Part shown: positions 16,274 through 22,321 of the stretch, in pieces
Position numbering within the stretch: the first letter of the stretch is position 1
How the letters are laid out: each line of letters opens with the position of its first letter
Source of the DNA: Acaryochloris thomasi RCC1774
GTDB taxonomy: Bacteria > Cyanobacteriota > Cyanobacteriia > Thermosynechococcales > Thermosynechococcaceae
DNA length: 32,000 nt
Assembly (NCBI RefSeq): GCF_003231495.1
Contig: NZ_PQWO01000031.1
Coordinates: forward strand, 7,876 to 39,875
Direction of reading: 5' to 3'
Program-made: the position numbers and the translations under genes
The notes under the pieces: model-generated
Seen by the model: the letters and a program-made list of their open reading frames with translations, nothing else
What the model was told of the DNA's origin: nothing
The model's database searches: none

Positions 16274-16915
16274 TTACTTCACCATGATGTCGAAACTATA
16301 AAACTCGCCAACTTGCTGCAAATCAAAGCCGCCTAGCAATAATCCTAACCAGAGTCGCCCGATTGATAGCTCCAACTTCTCTTTCAACTGAACAAGAACC
16401 AGTCCATCTTTTGCCTGCAGAACCTTTGCGATCGCATCCACCCAAGCCCCCACATCTTCTTCTTCGATCACAGCAAACACCTCTTCCGGCTCAGGCTCAG
16501 GCAAAGGATCACCTACGCCCAGCTCCTGCAACAAAGCTTCCTGATCATCAACCTCAGCAAAGAACTCTTCAGCTTTAGGAAAAGTCCGGCGAGTGGTCGG
16601 CTCCCGCTCAGCCACCAGCCCGTCATCACAATCCATGTAACGACGCACCAAGCCGTCATCAATGTCATAGATTGGCCCTTCCAGGCTATGCGAGTCGTGC
16701 CAACCCTCCAGCAAGACATCAGCCCGCAAACCGTAATACTCTGAGATCTGCAAGAACACGTCTCCCGCGATCGCAAGCTGCTGAGCTGGGGGCAACTCAT
16801 CCAGCTCCCAGATCAGATCCAAGCTGGGCAGCAAAGCTGAGACTGAACTCTCTTCAGGATCTTGCTCTGCCGTCTCAATCTGTAACTGTAGATCCAGCTC
16901 AAGTTGAAGCATCAT
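16274..16915 (-). CDS. Highly acidic hypothetical protein (213 aa)
   Basis: By my count it has 48 D/E against 13 K/R. The C-terminal ~55 aa are paralogous to ORF 15438-15749. Its stop codon abuts the start of the GUN4-like gene (16273/16274), and it starts 5 nt after the upstream gene ends. Confidence 0.62.
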   Translation of the reverse strand: MMLQLELDLQLQIETAEQDPEESSVSALLPSLDLIWELDELPPAQQLAIAGDVFLQISEYYGLRADVLLEGWHDSHSLEGPIYDIDDGLVRRYMDCDDGLVAEREPTTRRTFPKAEEFFAEVDDQEALLQELGVGDPLPEPEPEEVFAVIEEEDVGAWVDAIAKVLQAKDGLVLVQLKEKLELSIGRLWLGLLLGGFDLQQVGEFYSFDIMVK

Positions 16916-16920
16916 TCACC

Positions 16921-17400
16921 TCAAGGACACAGCGGACAGGGGCGCACTGGACACTCGCTCGGATGTATATCCATCTCATCTTCAAACTGCAGGAGCACGC
17001 CCCCCACCAAATCACCCGAGAAACTTTTGAGCACCCTCAGCGAATGCCGTGTCACATCTGCCTTTTTCCAGCCCAGCGTATGCACGGGTTCCTCAATCCT
17101 CACCCGCTCTTGGCCTACCCAGAGGTCAAACTGAATGGCATGGACCGGCGCATCCACTCGCTCACGATAGAAATAGCGGTAGGCCGCAGGTTTGATGGGA
17201 GGCTCCACCGTCTGCTCAGGAATGACTTTTCCCGTCTCCACTGCATACAGATCGCGTCGTTCTCGATTCCGGCGATCGCGGCGGCGATAGGAAGCCCGAC
17301 GCACATGGCACTTCTGCCCAACCCAGCACTCTTTTGCTTTGGCTACGTCAACGCCCTGCTTGGCACAGCGACGGCATTTCTCGTTGGCCTTCCTGGGCAT
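16921..17400 (-). CDS. Hypothetical Cys-rich basic protein (159 aa), putative zinc-ribbon / nucleic-acid binder
   Basis: ATG is preceded by GGAGGG 8 nt upstream. The N-terminus reads CRRC..x13..C....C, followed by the Arg-rich stretch RRASYRRRDRRNRERRD. The C-terminus ends ..ECPVRPCPLCP. It is the first gene of a tightly spaced four-gene minus-strand set. Confidence 0.55.
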   Translation of the reverse strand: MPRKANEKCRRCAKQGVDVAKAKECWVGQKCHVRRASYRRRDRRNRERRDLYAVETGKVIPEQTVEPPIKPAAYRYFYRERVDAPVHAIQFDLWVGQERVRIEEPVHTLGWKKADVTRHSLRVLKSFSGDLVGGVLLQFEDEMDIHPSECPVRPCPLCP

Positions 17401-17575
17401 CGAACACCCTCCAGTAGGAAGTTACAGAATCAAGCACAGGCTAACATGGCTTATTAGGCAAAGTATAGTCAAAGTTTGTCAAAGCCTTGATTATGACCGA
17501 GATCCATCAGCTTCGCTTATCATTTCCAGCCTCTACCGACATCAACTCACCACGACATCAGGTTTTAAGTACACT

Positions 17576-17602
17576 AGTTGGTAGTTGTACAAACTACCAA
17601 CT
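17576..17602. promoter_or_regulatory. Perfect 11-bp inverted repeat with 5-nt spacer (candidate recombinase core site or operator)
   Basis: AGTTGGTAGTT-GTACA-AACTACCAACT. It ends 12 nt upstream of the likely recombinase start (ATG 17615, preceded by AGGTGAG). Confidence 0.5.
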
Positions 17603-17614
17603 CTTAGGTGAGAT

Positions 17615-18329
17615 CATGAAACCGAATGATACTGGGCATCGGAGAGATCGGCAGGGACAGGCGACGGCCTTCAAAACCCCTGAACCCGTTCTGTTCTTGA
17701 TCGATATGATTGAGGGTGACCAGAATCAGTTGATGGCCCACTTTGCCTACTATGGCTGTGCTCGGATAAATGCGGTGACGTGGCTGCAGGCGGAAGATGT
17801 TCAGGGGGATATCATTCGCTTTCGCAAGGAGCACAGTAAGACAGCTGCTTATCACACGCTGAAGATGGCGGCGAGTTTGAAGCAGGTGTTGGAAGCCTAT
17901 GATTTGCCGGAAAGGGGGTATCTGTTTCCGGCTAGAAGGGGAAATCGACCGAAGAAGCATTTCCGTCAGCGGTGGGTGGAGGGACAACGAGTCTCTGAGG
18001 TGAGCGGGAAGCGGGTTTGTCCAGTTAGGAGTACTCAAGGGTTTGATAAGGCTTTAGGAGTGGCTGTGAGACGTATATTAACGGCAGAGGACTCTGGGAT
18101 TGATGAGGCGATCTCAAGGGTGCCTGAGGTGGCGAGGGTGGGCAGGCAAGCTTTCTTTGGGGTCAGCTCTCATTCGTTTAGGCGATCTATGCTGCAATTC
18201 TTATTTTATACAAAGGGGTGGGAAGCGCCTAAATGCATGGCAATCTCAGGGCACAAGAGTTTGGATGCTTTCTATCGGTATATTGCTTACGAAACCCAGG
18301 CGGCTCAGAGTGAATATGCTTTGATCTGA
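17615..18329 (+). CDS. Short tyrosine recombinase / integrase (phage-integrase family)
   Basis: Box I context is YYGCARINAVTWLQAEDV. Box II is SHSFRRSMLQFLF....ISGHKSLDAFYRYI, giving the R..HxxR..H..Y catalytic pattern. The ORF is open from 17487, but that extension would read through the palindrome. I prefer the ATG at 17615 with its SD-like AGGTGAG. Confidence 0.85.
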
Positions 18330-18511
18330 TTTGCTGAAATGCAAGGCTGGATTGAGGAGATCGCGGAGATGGATGAGTGCTCAGTTTAGTAATATTTAAG
18401 GTTGCAATTTCATATGCTTTGGCAAAATAATGAAATATTTTTCTGACATTCATTCAAAGTGTTACTTTAGTTCGTAATAAGCCTCTAATCTTTGATTATC
18501 CATATACAACA

Positions 18512-19129
18512 ATGCCTACAACAATAGCAATTGTGAGCCGCAAAGGTGGAGTAGGCAAAAGCACACTCTGCTCCAATCTGGCAGTTGCTGCCCGTACATC
18601 CACAATTATTGACTGCGACGATCAAGCATCACTCGCGGACTGGGGAGATCGTCGCACAAGCAAGAATCCATCAGTCATTTCTGTTCCCGCAAAAAGAGCT
18701 ACGGCTACTCTCAAAAAAATTAATACCCGCTGGAATTTCATCGATACACCAGGGACACTAGACGCTAATGTGATTGAAGTTATGCAAGCGTCAGATTTTG
18801 TCTTAGTTGTGCTGCGATATGGACAATTTGAGCTTGATTCCATTTCCACTACACTCTCTGCAGTCAAGTTAATTAACCGCCCTGCAGCAATTGCTTTGAA
18901 CCTATTGCACCCCAATACGAACGCTAAAGCCCTGATAGAGAGTATTGAGGAAGCTCAATTGGGCTTTCCTATCTGCCCCGTGGCTATCTGCAACCGAGCT
19001 AACTTCCAAGCTGCTGCAATCGAAGGGCTAGGGGTGACTGAAGAATCAAAGGACACAGCCGCCGCTCAAGAAGTATCTGGCCTCTGGTCCTGGATGAAAA
19101 AGGAGATAAAGAATGCCTCGTCGAGCTGA
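18512..19129 (+). CDS. parA: ParA-type partition ATPase (small plasmid type)
   Basis: 205 aa. Deviant Walker A IAIVSRKGGVGKSTLCSNLA, then DCDDQASL and IDTPG motifs. It overlaps the next gene by 17 nt. Confidence 0.9.
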   Translation: MPTTIAIVSRKGGVGKSTLCSNLAVAARTSTIIDCDDQASLADWGDRRTSKNPSVISVPAKRATATLKKINTRWNFIDTPGTLDANVIEVMQASDFVLVVLRYGQFELDSISTTLSAVKLINRPAAIALNLLHPNTNAKALIESIEEAQLGFPICPVAICNRANFQAAAIEGLGVTEESKDTAAAQEVSGLWSWMKKEIKNASSS

Positions 19130-19883
19130 TCTAAGTAAAGCCAAAACTAGGTCTTCAGATCCCGCAGTAGCTAAATCAATCCTTGAACAACAGACTCAAG
19201 ACAACATATATATTCCATTGAACAAAATTGCCTCTAGACCCACTGGTGACACTAGAGGCCTAAATGATGGACATATATCAGAATTAGTAAATAGCATTTC
19301 AGTCATTGGCCTGATCACCCCATTAACCATTGACAAGAAGCATCAATTATTAGCAGGTGCTCATCGGAAGGCAGCCTTACATAAGCTTTCCCAGAATAGT
19401 CCAAAAAGATACCACGAACTCTTCCCCGAGGGAGTCCCAGTCCGCATCATGGACATTGATTCTGACATTGACACTGTCAACGCGCTTCAGATAGAAGTAG
19501 AAGAAAACACTCAACGAAGAAACTATACAGCATCTGAGATCAAAGACGCAGCTCGCAAGCTTGAAGAAGCTGGCTATGAGAAACTTCGCGGACGTCCTGC
19601 CCAAGGCCAAAAATCTCTTAATAGAGAGCTAATGTCTGTATTTCGACTAAGCAGAAGGCGTATCACAGATATTCTTAATGAAGAGAAAGAAGAAAAGATA
19701 AGTGCGCAGGGGTGCGCACTTATCAATGAACTGAGAAACTACCTCAAAAAAACAGAGAAGATCTATGAGAGTATCGATCCTGAGGCTTCAAGCAAAGAGA
19801 TTCAACGAGTGGAGAAAGACTTAGGAAAGCTTGTAATCAGCTTGAAGAAAGCTATAAAAAGTGAAGAGAATAGAACAGACTAA
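19113..19883 (+). CDS. ParB-like N-terminal-domain protein (putative centromere-binding partner)
   Basis: AGGAG lies 8 nt upstream of the ATG. The ParB/Srx-type core is IYIPLNKI.....GLITPLTIDKKHQLLAGAHRKAAL. The C-terminal half is Lys/Glu-rich and helical. Its position overlapping parA is typical of parAB cassettes. Confidence 0.75.
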   Translation: MPRRADLSKAKTRSSDPAVAKSILEQQTQDNIYIPLNKIASRPTGDTRGLNDGHISELVNSISVIGLITPLTIDKKHQLLAGAHRKAALHKLSQNSPKRYHELFPEGVPVRIMDIDSDIDTVNALQIEVEENTQRRNYTASEIKDAARKLEEAGYEKLRGRPAQGQKSLNRELMSVFRLSRRRITDILNEEKEEKISAQGCALINELRNYLKKTEKIYESIDPEASSKEIQRVEKDLGKLVISLKKAIKSEENRTD

Positions 19884-19944
19884 GCAAAGCATTTTGGATG
19901 CCAGTTATCAATGACTAGGCCAGCACTGCAGATATCAAAATCTT

Positions 19945-20265
19945 TTACTCTTCCTTTCCCAAATAAACAGAGCGATGCTTTCTACCATCCCAATAGCGCA
20001 GATAGCGATAGGGTCCACAACCCCTGATATATTTCAGCTCGATGTAACCCTGCTGATTAAGGGGCCTTCCATACTCATCTCGCTCAGCTCCATTTGTATC
20101 ACTGCTATCTGAATCCCGTTCTCTAAGTACAATCTCAAGCCCAGAGATTAAAGATCGCAAATCAGCATCAGAGAGCTTAGAAGCATCTTTAAGCAACTGC
20201 TGAATATTCGCCGTTTTCTTTGGAGACTTCCGAGTCATTGTATTAGGGTACAATTTAACTTCCAT
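19945..20265 (-). CDS. Hypothetical small protein (106 aa)
   Basis: The ORF is divergent from the nuclease gene. It has a basic N-terminus, an acidic linker and the C-terminal motif GYIELKYIRGCGPYRYLRYWDGRKHRSVYLGK. No family assigned. Confidence 0.5.
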   Translation of the reverse strand: MEVKLYPNTMTRKSPKKTANIQQLLKDASKLSDADLRSLISGLEIVLRERDSDSSDTNGAERDEYGRPLNQQGYIELKYIRGCGPYRYLRYWDGRKHRSVYLGKEE

Positions 20266-20345
20266 ATTTGTACCCTAACTTTCTGCATTCCTGCCCTTGA
20301 AGGTAAACAACGCGAGATAATACGAGTACCTTCTCTTTAAAGCCT

Positions 20346-21134
20346 ATGGCTTACCCCATCTCAGCAACTCGACTGAAGCTATACAAGAGTTGCCCCCAGT
20401 CCTACTACTTCCGCTATGAGCGGGGACTAAAGGAACAGTCAGCCTTTGGCTCTCCTGCACTGGGCAAAGCTGTCCATGCAGCTCTCAAAGATGTCTACGA
20501 GCAATGGAACTATGCCTATCCCATTCCCAATCTCGAATGGTTCTCTCAGTGCTGGCAATCGCACACTGTTGACTTAAAAGCGAATCAAGTAGACGACGGT
20601 TGGCGGATGCTGCAGAAGTACTACGAAAGGTATGTTGAACCCTTACCCATGTTGAGAAAGCCATTAGGGGTAGAGAAGTCTATTAAGGGTTCTTTCCGAG
20701 TCGGTTACTACGAGTTTGTCATTAGGGGCCAATACGATCGTCTGGATTATGTCGAAGATGGCTTAGAGCTGATTGATTATAAGACCACAAAATTGGTTAG
20801 CCCACCGGATGCTGTGGATATCCAATTGGGTCTCTACGATTTACTTCTCAAACAAACCTATCAGCAGGCTCTCCACAAGCTCAGTCTCATCTACCTACGG
20901 ACGGGTGAGAAAGTCACCTATGAAGTTACTCCAGAGCATCGGAAGGAATCAAAGCGTTTAATCGAAAAGCTGGCGGTTAGCCTACAAAAAGAGGATGAAT
21001 GGCGACCGAAGAAAGGAGAGCAGTGCGCTCGCTGTAGCTACGCCCGGTATTGCTCTGAAATGGAGGAGGTACCTGAACCACTACCAGTGACAGCCAGAAA
21101 ACCTAAAGAGATGCAGCTGCTGCTGCCGTTTTGA
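20346..21134 (+). CDS. PD-(D/E)XK nuclease, Cas4/RecB-like with four-Cys cluster
   Basis: 262 aa. The N-terminus has a Cys (LYKSCPQSYYFRY). The nuclease core is GQYDRLDYVEDGLELIDYKTTK. The C-terminal CARCSYARYC gives the 1+3 Cys arrangement of Cas4/AddB-type Fe-S nucleases. Confidence 0.8.
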   Translation: MAYPISATRLKLYKSCPQSYYFRYERGLKEQSAFGSPALGKAVHAALKDVYEQWNYAYPIPNLEWFSQCWQSHTVDLKANQVDDGWRMLQKYYERYVEPLPMLRKPLGVEKSIKGSFRVGYYEFVIRGQYDRLDYVEDGLELIDYKTTKLVSPPDAVDIQLGLYDLLLKQTYQQALHKLSLIYLRTGEKVTYEVTPEHRKESKRLIEKLAVSLQKEDEWRPKKGEQCARCSYARYCSEMEEVPEPLPVTARKPKEMQLLLPF

Positions 21135-21179
21135 GAAGAAGGGATGAATATCTTGATTCGTACTTTTACACAAATAACT

Positions 21180-21210
21180 ACCCCGGCTTTCTTGTATTGA
21201 AAGCCGGGGT
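21180..21210. terminator. Hairpin terminator between convergent genes
   Basis: ACCCCGGCTTTC (21180-21191), loop TTGTATT, GAAAGCCGGGGT (21199-21210): a perfect 12-bp GC-rich stem. A T-rich tract follows on the minus strand (AGTTATTTGTGTAAAAG). It sits between the stop codons at 21134 (+) and 21246 (-). Confidence 0.7.
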
Positions 21211-21245
21211 AATTCTGAACAACTAGCAATGAACTAACTGGATGT

Positions 21246-22088
21246 CTAGCTTTTTCGCCAGATTGCGGCGTATCTAGCTTGGCCATTGACCTCATAGCCA
21301 CTCACATGAGTCAGCCGATATCCTTGGGAAGTCAATTGATTAAAGGTCTGCTGATACTGAGCTGAACTAAGGCCATGACGAGCTTGCCAAGGAGATGAGC
21401 CTCCTTTGACCCACAGTGCGGCATATTTGGCTATGCCGTTGACCTCATAGCCACTGACAGTACTTAGCCGATAACCCTGAGAGACAAGGCTGTCGAATTT
21501 AGCCTGATACTGAGAGGAAGTCATTCCATGATGAGCTTTCCATTGAGCATTGCCACCCTTGCGCCAGATTGCGGCAAATCGGGCTTTGCCGGCCACGTTG
21601 TAAGCACTGACGTGGGTGAGGCGATATCCCTTGCCCACTAGGACATCAAACGTTTGTTGGTATTGGGAGGCGCTCATTCCGTGACGAGCTTGCCAAGGTG
21701 TTGTACCTCTACGTTTTTGCCACAGGGCCGCATAGAGTGCTTGGCCGTTGGATTCATACCCACTGACGTCAACGAGCTGATAGCCTTGGCCCACATATTG
21801 ATCAAACTTCTGTTGGTATTGGGCCGAGGTCATCCCGTGCCGTGCAACCCAGGGGACTGAACGACCTTGGGACCAGATGGCTGCATATTTTGGTTTGCCA
21901 TTGATGCTGTATCCGCTGACATCTGATAAGCGATAGCCTTGGCTGACATACTGGTCGAACCGTTGTTGATATTGGGCTGAGGTCATTCCGTGACGGGCGG
22001 CCCAGGTCGCGGCTAACGCGGGACCACACATCAAGGCGATAGCAGTCGTGGCCAGAAGTGGCTTAACTAATATTGATAGTTTTTTCAT
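21246..22088 (-). CDS. Secreted protein made of five tandem ~49-aa repeats (BTRD1-like bacterial tandem repeat domain)
   Basis: Signal peptide MKKLSILVKPLLATTAIALMCGPALAA (ATG at 22088; the ORF is open to 22133). Five copies follow of W.ARHGM(T/S)S.QYQQ.FD..V.QGYRL..VSGY..NG...YAA(I/L)W.K. The repeat is also visible at DNA level with ~150-bp periodicity. Confidence 0.75.
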   Translation of the reverse strand: MKKLSILVKPLLATTAIALMCGPALAATWAARHGMTSAQYQQRFDQYVSQGYRLSDVSGYSINGKPKYAAIWSQGRSVPWVARHGMTSAQYQQKFDQYVGQGYQLVDVSGYESNGQALYAALWQKRRGTTPWQARHGMSASQYQQTFDVLVGKGYRLTHVSAYNVAGKARFAAIWRKGGNAQWKAHHGMTSSQYQAKFDSLVSQGYRLSTVSGYEVNGIAKYAALWVKGGSSPWQARHGLSSAQYQQTFNQLTSQGYRLTHVSGYEVNGQARYAAIWRKS

Positions 22089-22321
22089 GATGTTATTTCT
22101 CATAAATATGTTGTTTGAAGATCTACAACTCAAACAACGCCCCTTTCTTTACACTCACTAAGTTAAGTGAATGGCTTGGTGCGCCTGATGATGTGGGTCA
22201 CGTCTGGCATTGATAGTCATCACTTCGGTTTAATTTGGAGGAATATATATCAACCCAATACATTTGATGAAATAATCAAATCCATTGAATGCTGCTTCAG
22301 GTTATGGCAAAGCTAAAAGTC

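Noticed and set aside
12713-17434. Identical 15-mer AGTTACAGAATCAAG in two intergenic regions (12713-12727 upstream of tpsA; 17420-17434 in the 5' leader of the 159-aa gene)
   Set aside because: About 0.5-1 exact 15-mer coincidences are expected by chance in 32 kb when both strands are considered. The flanking bases diverge immediately, and the positions relative to the two start codons differ (about 150-200 nt against about 20 nt). I treat it as coincidence unless a genome-wide motif search says otherwise.
16672-17457. 261-aa plus-strand ORF spanning the 16274-16915 and 16921-17400 genes
   Set aside because: The product is Arg/Pro/Ala/His/Ser-rich low complexity. The minus-strand alternative is supported by amino-acid-level paralogy (16274-16915 against 15438-15749), by a GGAGGG Shine-Dalgarno before ATG 17400, and by operon-like 0-5-nt spacing.
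18330-18511. AT-rich region upstream of parA, searched for parS-like or iteron repeats
   Set aside because: Only short, weak repeats are present (ATTTCAT/ATGAAAT, TTTAGT..TAATA twice). Nothing reaches the length or copy number expected of a centromere or iteron array, so no site is called.
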